A stretch of DNA of 62,912 bases, counting the filler, from Octopus bimaculoides (lineage: Eukaryota), in assembly GCF_001194135.2 (NCBI RefSeq). It is 4 parts of 4 records of this genome, joined end to end, with 100 filler letters (N's around TTAATTAATTAA, not from the genome) between each part and the next. Parts side by side here need not be neighbours in the genome. Positions count along the whole stretch, not along the records: positions 47,987 to 59,598 come from NC_068991.1; positions 59,699 to 62,912 come from NC_069006.1; 2 more parts are not named here. The stretch is one strand, 5' to 3'. The notes below the pieces were generated by a model that saw only the letters and a list, made by a program, of their open reading frames with translations, did no database searches and had not been told where the DNA came from. Each line of letters begins with the position of its first letter. Position 1 is the stretch's first letter. Shown here one piece after another: positions 50,985-62,784 of this stretch. Position numbers and translations under genes: made by a program.

Positions 50985-52660
50985 CGTTTAGTAGTTTAAT
51001 TTGGCAACTTAAGGACCAAAATAAGGAGTATTCTTTTGAATGGTCAATTATAGGAAAATCGTTTCCTTACAATAAGGGTAAAGATTTTTATTCCCTCTGT
51101 AATTTAGAATTGTACTTCATACTTTTTTCTAAGGGTGACCTAGTTAACAAAATCACATATAGAGCTTTCAGATGTCTACATATGAATAAACATTCGTTTT
51201 TATTCCTTTAATCTATTTTGGATAGGTTAGTTAACTACATACTATGATATTATTTTAACTTGGTTTAGCTTTAACCGGGATATGATATTAAATTTGTTTA
51301 GCTTTAATTTCATATAATCTTTTCACATATGTACAATGGTAAGTATGATTCCTACTCTATTGAAGTTTCTTTTATAATTTTTTGTATAGATGACATTGAA
51401 ATTTTGGTTGACTGCTTGCTTTATCGTTTTAATCCGTTCTTTTATGTAATATTATTATTACTAAGTTAGTGTATATTCGATGGTTGCTATTTGAGTGTAA
51501 CCTTATTTAGTTTTACTTTGTAATTTATTATTTATAATCTCTTATTTATCTTGATTACATATCCCTTATTTGTCTCATAAATATTTTTTTTTTTAAATCA
51601 ACATAATGATTTGATGGGATTAATAACAATAATTGATTTATTTAGATTCTATATAAAAAATATATATATTACTTTGCCAGATTTACCTCTCTTTGACCAT
51701 GGATATTAAAAGAAATTGCTTTTATGTTAACTTCATTTTATTATAGAATATTACAGATAAAATTTTTTAAGTGAGTTGGGTTTTTTCCCAAGTATATAAT
51801 GAATTATTTGATATAATGGTGTCGTTGTCATCTACCTACTTTACATCATAATAGTTACTTAATATTTCATTTATATGTATATGTGAGATAGTAACGATTA
51901 CATCGTAATATTTGTTTACTTTATCGATTAAATCTGTTCCTTCTTTTGATATTATTTTTAATATTGTATCTGAACCCCATTATTAAATTAATTTATTACA
52001 ATTTTTCTTAAACTTTGATACCTGCAATCTGAATGTAACCTAATTTATTTTACTTATTATTATTTATTATTTACAAGTTATATTCTCTAATTTATCTTGT
52101 TTACATAACCTTAAACTAAGTCTCTTTACTGTTCTAAACTTAAAATGAAATATAATTATTTGATATGATTATATATATTTGAGTAGATTATATTTTACAT
52201 AAATATTACTTACTAGATTTACCTCTCTTTGACCATTAATTTATATAAAATTATATATATATATATATATTTTTTCAAAATTATAATATATAGCAGTTTA
52301 TTTTCTTTCTTCGTTTTATCTACTTTCAAAAGTCCAATGGTTGTTATTGAAATTTACAGCGTCCCTTACTCTTTCGCTACTTTATATCCTAGGTTAATAT
52401 CCTAATTTAACAACACTACTTACTTACTTACTTTACTACGTAACGGTTTTCTTAACCGATATTGTATGCAGTGTCAATATGTTTAATGTCATTTCAACCT
52501 GTTTATACACGTGTAATTTAAGGACAACTATTAATGTTGTCTCTTATCTACTGTCTGCTATGAATTAATCAAATCTGACCCTGAAGAGATACAATATTCC
52601 ATATTTTATAATATACAGGAGTGAGTCGGGATATTGCATCAAAATGTTCATTGGTCATTA
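50985..52660 (+). mobile_element. Second, inverted Penelope-like copy (GIY-YIG C-terminus plus AT-rich 3' region with hammerhead remnant)
   Basis: Plus strand LIWQLKDQNKEYSFEWSIIGKSFPYNKGKDFYSLCNLELYFILFSK. Internal duplication of about 51495-51710 at about 52035-52235. Hammerhead at 52576. Linking the AT-rich part to the element is inference. Confidence 0.65.
52576..52657 (+). ncRNA. Hammerhead ribozyme remnant (G12 mutated to A)
   Basis: UGACC-CUGAAGA-GAUACAAUAUUCC...GGGAUAUUGCAUC-AAAA-UG-UU-CA-UU-GGUCA. Helices I, II and III all pair, but GAAA reads AAAA. Confidence 0.65.
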
Positions 52661-53307
52661 AACAGACTTTACAATGGATCGTGTTATAGCTCTTATTTTA
52701 ATTGATATGCACACAAAATTGTATGATTAACAACATTTCATATGAGATTTTGCTATGTTGATAACAGGTACGATATTTTTACCAAATTTTTGGTAAAAAT
52801 ATATNNNNNNNNNNNNNNNNNNNNNNNNNNNNNNNNNNNNNNNNNNNNNNNNNNNNNNNNNNNNNNNNNNNNNNNNNNNNNNNNNNNNNNNNNNNNNNNN
52901 NNNNNNNNNNNNNNNNNNNNNNNTAGATGTGTATCATGGTAAACAGATGCAAAAGAAAATGTGTATGCCTTTGAAGTAAACAAATGAGTGAATCGATTCA
53001 TAATTAAATATAATTTATTCACCGGACTTAATTTGAACATTGCTCTGGTCTCTGAGAAAAGCTGTCGTGTAGTAGACCTTCCTTATTCGGCTGCCTAGGG
53101 TCTTCTTTTTTCTGTCTTGTTGACCACTGAATTTATAAGAATCGTGGCAGCTAGAAGAACGACATACTCCAGCAGAGTTTGTACCTAAATAGGTCAGCTC
53201 CTGTCCATTTGAACTTCGCCTGACATGACTTTAGGTCGAAAGTCAAAGGGAAATCATCAATCACTTTTTGACAGGACAAAGAAAACCTGTTTTCGCGCCT
53301 GTTGATT

Positions 53308-53994
53308 GTGGTGGTTTGGACAACCGAGAATTCTTAGATTCGATTTCGAATCTTGGCTTGGAGAAGGAACTGTTAATTTTTACAGTACCCCACTTCTAGT
53401 GAGAAAGCCCCAGAGATCGAACAATATTGGAAATGTTATTTTTTTGTGTATGCAGAAAAAATTTTACAACGTGTAACAGGCAAATGAATGTCAAAAACAT
53501 GGGATATTAAAAAATATGAAGCAAAGATTCACTGTTGGTGTGTGCTATATGGTGGGCAATGCATATATGTGCCCTGGCATAAACATGTTGGCGCGTTGAA
53601 AGAGATGTGAATCTATTGATTACTCGACCCACTAGAAGTATAATAGAGGCAGGTTGTCTTTCAGTGGTGCAAAAGATCAAATGGTAGCACACATGAGAAT
53701 GTGACTGTTGCAAGTGTGTGTAAGTATACAAGTAGCAAAATATTTTTACAAAAAAGCAAAACATATGTCCATACAAAAAATGAAAGAAATGTTCATTGAA
53801 AAAGTTCTCTTGTGAAATGTTCAGTAAATGTTCATACAGAAAGTTTTTCGTTGATGTGGAACAATGTTTTTTTGCTTTCCTTTTTTTTTTCTTTATGTAT
53901 ACAAAATGTTCGTTGATTCCTTTGGGTTTCACTTCCTTCTCCAAGCCAAGATTCAAAACCGAATCTAAGAATTCTCAGTCGTCCAAACCACCAC
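53308..53994. repeat. 62-bp inverted repeat pair with about 560-bp spacer (MITE-like)
   Basis: 53308-53369 versus the reverse complement of 53933-53994 shows 4 mismatches. Confidence 0.85.
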
Positions 53995-54098
53995 TGGTGA
54001 ACAGGATAAGCTTTAAGCTTATTTTAAAATACCATTATTATTATTTGCAGGATTTAAAAATACGGCACCGTATAATTAAAGTCATTCGCAACAAAAGC

Positions 54099-54129
<31 letters not shown>

Positions 54130-54132
54130 TAT

Positions 54133-54206
54133 TATAGCTTCAGGCCGACCAAAACCTTGTGAGTGGATTTCGTACTTGGAAACTGAAAGAAGACTGTTGT
54201 ATATTT

Positions 54207-54240
<34 letters not shown>

Positions 54241-54430
54241 CTTGTGTTTGTACCCCCCACCATTGCTTGACAACTGATGTTGCTGTGTTTACATTCCAGT
54301 AACTTAGCGGTTTGGTAAAAGACACTGACAGAATGAGTACTAGGCTTACAAAGAATAAATCCTGTGGTTGATTTCTTCAACCAACAACGGTGCTCCAGCA
54401 TGGCCTCAGTCACATTACTGAAATAAGTAA
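54133..54430 (+). mobile_element. tRNA-head SINE, second family (5'-truncated)
   Basis: TATAGCTTCAGGCCGACCAAAACCTTGTGAGTGG...TAACTTAGCGGTT...GCTCCAGCATGG. Confidence 0.82.
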
Positions 54431-54849
54431 AGCAATAAAAATCTATGCCATTTTAATCTCGACCAAGGCCGGGTATTTCTGCTAGTTCATATAATTGATA
54501 TAAGATTAACTTAATAGTATTGTTACTAGTATTAGTGTGTCAATCTAGTTGCTGCTTCTATTACTTCTAACAATAAAATTGATGAACTGACAAAGTAGCA
54601 GTAATTTCATAAAACATTTACTCTGTTTTTATTGTCTCTGCATGCTATTGATTCTACCATTGTATAATTAATACCAGCTACCTACAGGTGGCATGGTAAT
54701 TCACTTGTCTCCTCTCCCTTTCTTCTGAAATTATACATAAAATTCAAATTATATAATATTATTATCACTATTATCGTTTACATATTAGACTTGATATTTT
54801 TTTAATAAAATGCTGTTTAATCACATTGTACATTGAAAAAAAATTTTAA

Positions 54850-55615
54850 TTGCTACTTCAAATATCGATGCCCAACGCAACTGGGCTGACTAGAGACATC
54901 ACTCGACCAGCACTGCCTTGCCTGTCTCAATTCTGCCTCTCAGCCAAATAGTGGTGCCCTCCTCATCTATCAGAACTTTTCTATCTATCAGAACTCTTCT
55001 AGAGTCCACCCATATCGGGTGGCCCAGTGCCTAGGTCTCTGGGTGTGCAAGCCATACAAATGTTGCTGTGGAGTGGTAGAAAACAAACTTGGCTTGCATC
55101 CTTTATCCTGCAGTCTTAGTGTGGTCTGATTCCTCTGACATGCTGCTCTGAGTGATGCAATCAGAAGGGGCCTTGACATGGCTGGTTTTCCATCTCAACA
55201 TGAGCTAGCAGGTCTTGACCATAAGGATGGTAAGTGCCCCAATAGGATAACCCTGTTTCCATTCAAAGGAGGCAGATCTCTAGTCTGGGACTTGACATGC
55301 AGTGGCATGTTCTCCGGCTCCAACCTCGTAGCATCTTCTGCAAACCTTGGTGTTATTTCCTGTAATGTAGAAGAGAGAAATATCAATAAAAGCAGGAGTC
55401 TGGCTAGCCGCTGTCAGTTTTTGCTAGTCGTTGTCGAAAAGTCAGGTGTTCTAGGATGCTGTATTTCTGATTTCCCCTGCAAAATAGGGATAACGGCAAC
55501 CCATCAGAGAAATATGCCCTGGAAGGTGGAGTGGCTACTGCAGCAAGTGTCATTGGCCATTCTCTGCAGCAATACCATCACAGTCATTACTGCAGGGTAC
55601 AGCTGAGCACCCCAC
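54850..55615 (+). mobile_element. Decayed CRE-like non-LTR retrotransposon 3' end (zinc knuckle and restriction-like endonuclease)
   Basis: LGLWVCKPYKCCCG...GLH, H..LSDAIRRGL..AGFPSQHE..GL..KDGKCP...TLFPFKGGRSLVWDLTC, ...QQVSLAI. This matches the CRE-clade RLE layout as I recall it. Confidence 0.75.
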
Positions 55616-56636
55616 TTGTTCTGGGATATGTGGCTCATTGCCTCCCCCCATCCTCTGCTATTTCCCCTCCCTCCTTTTCTTTCTTTTCCTTTCTCATCTT
55701 TCCTGTTTCTTTGTACCTGTGTGAATCTTTCAAGTTTAACATAACATAATTTTAAGTATACATATAAATACATTGTTGCATATTTACCTGACCTGTGTCT
55801 ATGTGTAAGAGACAGTATTTGTATGTGTGTCTGTTTATACAGACATGAAAAAAATATGCTCCTTGTATCCATTATGTATGAAACAAAATTTGTCTGGTTT
55901 TTTTTATATGCTATTTTCAGCTTTCATCATTGCCACATTTTATGTTGATGTAAAATGTTCATGTCTGTCTGAGTGTATGATGAAATATGTACGTATGCAT
56001 GTAAAGTTTATACATATATAGATATATCTATGTGTTTATTCATATATAAGTTAATATGTGTATATAAACACGTTTTCTATCTTTCATACATAAACTCTCA
56101 CTCACTGAATTTCTCTCAACAACAACCTGCCATTGTAGTGAAAGTCTTTTGTTAAAGTTTGTGTTGTGTTATCTCTATGTTGACAGACATAGAGAAGCAA
56201 GTGTATGTGTGTGCTTGAAGCTATGTTGCATTGTTGACACTATGCTGAATAACATACAGAAACACAGCTACACACAAACAACAACAAAAATAACTCTCTC
56301 TATTGTTATATGATGAAAGTTAAGCCATGTTGTGTTGTGTTGACAGACTTGCACTTAAAAAACTCATATTTTTAATCAGAATTTGTTAGTCACTGTGGAG
56401 ACAACACTACCTATCAATCTGTCTTTCTTTCTTACATACATACACATATTCTCTCTCTCAACAGCAACGTTTTCCCTTCGTCTAACAGATGTTGTGATGG
56501 ATAGACAGATAGGGATTTGCTTCTCTTTTGTAATATAAGATTGTAAGTGTGGCCCTGTCATAAGAAGTTTCATTCCCAATCACATGTTCTGTGTTCAGTC
56601 CCACTACACAAGCTTCTTCTACTATAGCCTTATCTA

Positions 56637-56667
<31 letters not shown>

Positions 56668-56970
56668 NNNNNNNNNNNNNNNNNNNNNNNNNNNNNNNNN
56701 NNNNNNNNNNNNNNNNNNNNNNNNNNNNNNNNNNNNNNNNNNNNNNNNNNNNNNNNNNNNNNNNNNNNNNNNNNNNNNNNNNNNNNNNNNNNNNNNNNNN
56801 NNNNNNNNNNNNNNNNNNNNNNNNNNNNNNNNNCCATAGGGATCTTTGATATTAAAATTGTAACCTTCTCATCAGGGAAAGCATGGGAATCTGGTTTCTA
56901 TTAACCCATTTATTCTACCAGAAGAATTTTTATTCATTAAGATAGAAGAAATACACATAATTATATGTTG

Positions 56971-57060
56971 TACTTAGGGATGGTCATATTGCCAGTTTAA
57001 CCAATAAAAACACACGCACTGTATATTTGGCTAAACTGGCAATATGACCATCCCCAAGTA
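56971..57060. repeat. 90-bp hairpin, 34-bp arms and 22-nt loop, TA termini (mini Tc1/mariner-type MITE)
   Basis: TACTTAGGGATGGTCATATTGCCAGTTTAACCAA versus TTGGCTAAACTGGCAATATGACCATCCCCAAGTA, 2 mismatches. Confidence 0.88.
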
Positions 57061-57108
57061 CAACAACATCTGTTTCAACACACAATTTCACATAAAAAAT
57101 CTTGCAAA

Positions 57109-57160
<52 letters not shown>

Positions 57161-57163
<3 letters not shown>

Positions 57164-57326
57164 ATTTAGCATTCAGATTTCTTTGTCAAATGCTGTGTTT
57201 ATTTATTCACATTGATTTGAATTAATCATATATTATCTTGTAGATTTCAATGATATGATTATTTTTAGAGTAATATTGTAGGGTAAGTGTGAGAGGCTGG
57301 ATATGGCCAGTTTAAATACTAACGGG
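57161..57326. mobile_element. piggyBac-type MITE, decayed
   Basis: Left (A)CCATTTAGCATT and right AATACTAACGGG followed by TTAA. The left TSD is degenerate. Confidence 0.6.
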
Positions 57327-58010
57327 TTAAATATGTGTATGTGTTTGTGTACGTATATATAAAGTGTGTGTGTGTGTGTGTGTGTGTGTAGGTATAAATT
57401 ATCATGTCAAACTACATAGTAATATTTCAAAATCATTTAGTGGGTGTTTTTCAGGTCTGTGTAATGTAATTAGAGAATGCACCCATTATTGTAAGACCTT
57501 TCTCAGTTAAAACATTTAAAAATTTGAGCCAATTGATGGAAATATTTCAGTGTGTATGGTCAGAGCAGTATGTCGGCTACTACATTAGGAGGATGGATAT
57601 GTATAGAGAGTGGGAAAGAAGGGAGACAGGAGAGAGAGAGTAAAAGGTGAAAAGGAGAGATATATAAAGTGAGTTAGTGGGGAAGGGAAAGAAAGGAAGA
57701 GGTACCAGTGAATATTATAGAAAGGAAATTGGATGGTTGTATCTGAATGTTTGCACACAAAATCTGCGGAAGAAGACAAGGCCGTAGCAAATTGAGATGG
57801 TCAAAAATTTAAGGGAGAAGATAGGGAGGAAATGAACCAGGTTACAACTTGGTGTTAGTAGAAACTAGCTGGTCTGGACACCACTTATCCAGATACTCTA
57901 TCACTGATCTGGAGTAGTTTGTTATATTTAGCTTGAGTAAAAATTTCTGGTACTGTACAGCACTTCTTACCGTAACGTGAAATATATATGTGAATATCAT
58001 ATATGTGTGT

Positions 58011-58040
<30 letters not shown>

Positions 58041-58041
<1 letters not shown>

Positions 58042-59598
58042 CATCATCCTCATCATCGTCATCGTTTAACGTCCACTTTCCATGCTAGCATGGGTTGGAC
58101 GATTTGACTGAGGATTGGAGAAACCAGATGGCTACACCAGGCTCCAATCTGATTTGGCAGAGTTTCTACAGCTAAATGCCCTTCCTAACGCCAACCACTC
58201 AGACAGTGTAGTGGGTGCTTTTACGTGCCACCGGCACAAAGGCCAGTCAGGAGGTACTGGCAACGGCTACGCTCGAAATGCTGTATTTTATGTGCCACCC
58301 GCACAAGAGCCAGTCCAGGGGCACTGGCAACGATCTTGCTCGAAAGTCCTTACACATGCCGCGGGCACAAGTGCCAGAAAGGCGACGCTGGGCACAGGTG
58401 CCATCACAATTTCGCTTTAGCTTGCCCCAATAAGTCTTCGCATGCTGAGTTTCGTGTCCAATGAAGGAGACGATGTTGGCGNNNNNNNNNNNNNNNNNNN
58501 NNNNNNNNNNNNNNNNNNNNNNNNNNNNNNNNNNNNNNNNNNNNNNNNNNNNNNNNNNNNNNNNNNNNNNNNNNNNNNNNNNNNNNNNNNNNNNNNNNNN
58601 NNNNNNNNNNNNNNNNNNNNNNNNNNNNNNNNNNNNNNNNNNNNNNNNNNNNNNNNNNNNNNNNNNNNNNNNNNNNNNNNNNNNNNNNNNNNNNNNNNNN
58701 NNNNNNNNNNNNNNNNNNNNNNNNNNNNNNNNNNNNNNNNNNNNNNNNNNNNNNNNNNNNNNNNNNNNNNNNNNNNNNNNNNNNNNNNNNNNNNNNNNNN
58801 NNNNNNNNNNNNNNNNNNNNNNNNNNNNNNNNNNNNNNNNNNNNNNNNNNNNNNNNNNNNNNNNGAAATGCTGTATTTTATGTGCCACCCGCACAAGAGC
58901 CAGTCCAGGGGCACTGGCAACGATCTTGCTCGAAAGTCCTTACACATGCCGCGGGCACAAGCGCCAGAAAGGTGACGCTGGGCACAGGTGCCATCACAAT
59001 TTCGCTTTAGCTTGCCCCAATAAGTCTTCGCATGCTGAGTTTCGTGTCCAATGAAGGAGACGATGTTGGCGTGGGCGCCAGTCGTCGAATTTCGATTTCA
59101 CTTGCCTCAACAGGTCTTCGCAAGTGGAGTTTAGTGTCCAATGAAGGTAGGTACACCTAAGTGGACTGGCTGAGGCCTTATATTTAGGTCTCACTTGGCT
59201 TGCCGTGTCTTCTCACGCACAGCATATTTCCAAAGGTCTTGGTCAGAAGTCATCGCCTCGGTGAGGCCCAATGTTCGAAGGTCGTACCTCACCACCGCAT
59301 CCCAGGTCTTCTTGGGCCTACCTCTTCCACAGGTTCCCTCAACTGCTAGGGTGTGGCGCTTTTTCTCACAGCTATCCTCATCCATTCTCGCTACATGTCC
59401 ATACCAGCACAGTCAGCTCTCTTGCACACCACAACTGATGCTTCGTAAGTTCAACTTTTCTCTCAAGGTACTAGTTCTCTGTCTAGTATGCACACTGACA
59501 TTACACATCCATCGGAGCATACTGGCTTCATTCCTTGTGAGCCTACGCATGTCTTCAGCAGTCACAGTCCATGTTTCACTGCCATGAAGCATGCCTGT
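58041..59598 (-). mobile_element. RTE LINE 3' end: ORF C-terminus, 3' UTR and (GAT)n tail
   Basis: MLHGSETW...RRLTRNEASMLRWMC...WYGHVARM...GRGRPKKTW, followed by a long UTR ending in GAT repeats next to (TA)n. Interrupted by a gap. Confidence 0.92.
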
Positions 59599-59698
59599 NN
59601 NNNNNNNNNNNNNNNNNNNNNNNNNNNNNNNNNNNNNNNNNNTTAATTAATTAANNNNNNNNNNNNNNNNNNNNNNNNNNNNNNNNNNNNNNNNNNNN

Positions 59699-59941
59699 TA
59701 ATTTCTCTATCTGTGTGTATTGGCATATCCCAGAGTATGGTTGCTTTCTCGTTTTCTGTGACCTTTTCTGGCGTGTGTTTATACCATCTTTTTTCTGTTG
59801 TTATTCCATAGTGTTGGCATAGCTTCCAGTGTATATAGGTCCCAGTTCTGTCGTGTCTGTAAATATATTCCTTCTTAGCCAAGACTGGGCAGCCAGAGAT
59901 AATATGATTTATTGTTTCTTGTCCATCTCCACAAGAGATGG

Positions 59942-59942
<1 letters not shown>
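59699..59942 (-). mobile_element. R4/Dong-like non-LTR retrotransposon fragment (CCHC knuckle and start of RLE domain)
   Basis: CGDGQETINHIISGCPVLAKKEYIYRHDRTGTYIHWKLC...ENEKATILWDMPIHTDREI. 5' end abuts (TAA)n; 3' end is in a gap. Confidence 0.85.
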
Positions 59943-59985
<43 letters not shown>

Positions 59986-60699
59986 TTTTGTTCATCTTGT
60001 ACAATTATATGTGTATTCATCGTTATTTCAGTTATTTTATTCAATTTTAGAAAAATTGAAGCATATCTGACAATTCCAGAGCATACTGAACTTATTTTGT
60101 GAATTGACTTTTGGCCCACCCTGTACAATGCAGGCTACACTATGAAAATGATAGACTGCAGTAATATCTAAACACATGGACACTTCTGTCATCAGCCCTT
60201 TCTTACAATCCTACCACCAATCTGCCTGAAACCATTCTAGATTCTCTGGTAGAAGCTTTCTGTTTTGAAATTAACAACTTCCATCAAAGTTACCTTATTA
60301 TGTTCTAGACACCAGCTTAATGATGACATAGTTATTTTAACAAATTCTTCATTATTTTACAAAATTTATTGAAACAATGGCAGTGTATTTCAACTGAAAT
60401 ATGGTAAGAAAAGGGTTAAAGTAATCTAAATTAAAACCTTCCTTCAACATTTCACATTAATTTATGTTCCTGACACTAGGTTAATAAGTATAAAGTCATT
60501 TTACTAACCTCTTCATTATTTTTAAAATAAATTGAAACAAAGGCAATGTATTTCAAATATACTGGCATCCATGCAATTTCCTTAGTATAACAGTCAGCAA
60601 AAAACATTAAGCTCATCATTATAAATGACTTTGTGTGTGTCTGTGTGTATTTGCATTCATGTGTGTGCATGCACGTGTGTGTTTGTGTAGGTTTGCATG

Positions 60700-60703
60700 C
60701 ACA

Positions 60704-60781
<78 letters not shown>

Positions 60782-60785
60782 TATA
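60700..60785. repeat. (CA)n microsatellite
   Basis: Directly visible. Confidence 0.92.
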
Positions 60786-61051
60786 TAATGCTTGTGTGTC
60801 CTCTTGTTTTGACATCATATGATGGCTGTAAATGAGCCTCACCATCATACAAGCAAGGTTGTTCATTTCCAGCCTTCCATGAAAAACACATCAGCTCATG
60901 AGAAATGTTATCTTGCTTGGAAACAGGTGAGGGTATCTGAACACAGAACATCTGCTTCATTGTAAATGACACTCGTTTACAACACTCATGTGATATCAAG
61001 ATAAGGAGACATAAACATACACACCGCCTCACACACAAACACACACATACC

Positions 61052-61103
<52 letters not shown>

Positions 61104-61109
61104 AGTGAA

Positions 61110-61255
61110 TGACAAAGCCTCTTTCAATTTCCATCTCCCAGATCTACTCACAAGACTTTGGTCAGTCTGCAGCTATAGTAGTAGATATTTGCCCAAAGCA
61201 CCACACATTGAAACTGACCCAGAAACCTTGTGGTTGGGAAGTAAACTTCCTCAGC
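61110..61255 (-). mobile_element. Decayed head of second-family tRNA SINE
   Basis: GGCTATAG...TTGCCCAAAG...TGGTTGGGAAGTAAACTT, similar to 44640-44740. Confidence 0.55.
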
Positions 61256-61379
61256 CAGGTACATAACTATAAAAACTCAGTTATAGATGATTGATTTGTG
61301 AGAGCTGCGCAAGCTCTATGGAGAAGGTGCTTTCATCAAGGTGAGAGTTAGCATCAAGTTGAAGTAGGAATTTAGCTGA

Positions 61380-62300
61380 CAGATTAGGTACCCATCAAGG
61401 TTCCATACCCAACATTTATCTGTTTTTACAGTTCTCCAAGTCACAACAGAAGAGTTTAATGCCATCATGCATGGGACTTCTGTATTCCAACCTTGTTCTC
61501 ATAGATGAATTTGCGAAAGAATTAGAGAAGAAGTTGCAAACATGGAACCAAAGATTAGAAATAAGAGGTCTTGAACCTAGCAAGGACAAAGGTTTGCATT
61601 GACAAGAAGGAAAGAAAACAGGACTTCACTGCTCTCAGTATTGGTAGGAAGCATGTTCAAGATGCAGAAAAGGAGTTGGTAAGGATTCCATTGAGTGTAC
61701 CCAGTGTAAACTCTGGATGCATGAGAAATGGCATGGAATCACCTGTCAGGCTGACTGAGAGCTTCTTGTACAGAAGATTTAATCTATCCATTCATTTTCT
61801 CTGTCCACTTTTTTCCTGGGAGGGTCATTGAAGGTAGAGTCTCTATATATCTCCTTCCTAGGGTCCTATCAGAAGTAATTGCCACTGTCATTATTCTCAG
61901 GCAGGATTCTCAAGTGTGACCAACTTGAGACTGTGGATACTATCCAACCGTCTTGTTCTTAATCTACCCCCTAGCTTGAAGAACCTATCTTGTAATCCTT
62001 TTTTATGAAATTCTAACAACATGTCTCCAGTACCAGAGCTGTGACCACTCAATGCAGAGAAGCAGAGGCTCAATCTGGAAAAAGTCCTTGATCTCCAAGC
62101 CACTCAGTAACATTACTCCAGATTTCCTTTGGATCTCGGGAGCATGGGTGATTAACAATAAGAACATCCATAAACTAAATTATATTCAAATGCTTGGATG
62201 GCTCTTTAGAAGTAGTTGACAGTTTTTGCTTCCTAGGAGTGAAGTGCTCTGAAATCATAGAAGCCAAAATAAAAACAGGGTGGAAAAAGTTCAGGGAGCC
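61380..62300 (+). mobile_element. Decayed RTE LINE RT C-terminal half with Cys/His insertion
   Basis: HQGS, ELEKKLQTW, NLARTKV, CSRCRKGVGKDSIECTQCKLWMH, SLEVVDSFCFLG, IKTGWKKFRE. Unrelated sequence intervenes at about 61800-62170. Confidence 0.8.
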
Positions 62301-62784
62301 GTTTTTTTCTGGCAGTAATGAAGGGTTTCTCTCTCAGCATGAAAGGAAATTTTCATGATGTTTGTGTATGAATTGCAGTATTGCACAGTAGTAAAACATG
62401 GACACTGAATACAAATGATATATGAAGACTGGAAAGAAATCAGGCTGGTATATTCTGTTGAATGTGTAACGTGAATAGATATGAATGACAGAGCACAGAT
62501 GAACTGAGAGAAAAACTTAGAAATATCATGAATGTTCAAAATATTTATTAAAAAAAATATTTTTATAAATATGCATGATTTCTAAGTTGTATAAAAATAT
62601 GACAATTAAAGTTAAAACATTACGATATGTAAACGTACATTATGATATAACATATAATGGGTAAATATATACGGTATGATGAAGTTATAAATTTACATGT
62701 ATTATATTAAAAACGTGTACATTAGGACAGGATTTAAAAAAAAAAGACAAAAAACATATAATATAAAAGTTAAGTTAAAAGTAT

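Noticed and set aside
53399-53406. GTGAGAA Su(H)/CSL-like sites (also near 2606 and 32533)
   Set aside because: Isolated 7-8-mers are expected by chance, with no paired-site arrangement or conservation data.
58275-59071. About 207-bp direct duplication in the RTE 3' UTR (58275-58481 and 58865-59071)
   Set aside because: It straddles a gap and differs by about 2 substitutions, so haplotype overlap and true tandem duplication cannot be told apart.
3511-61044. Many ORF-track entries rich in HT/YI/CV or X
   Set aside because: These are translations of (CA)n, (TA)n and (TG)n microsatellites or of N gaps, not proteins.
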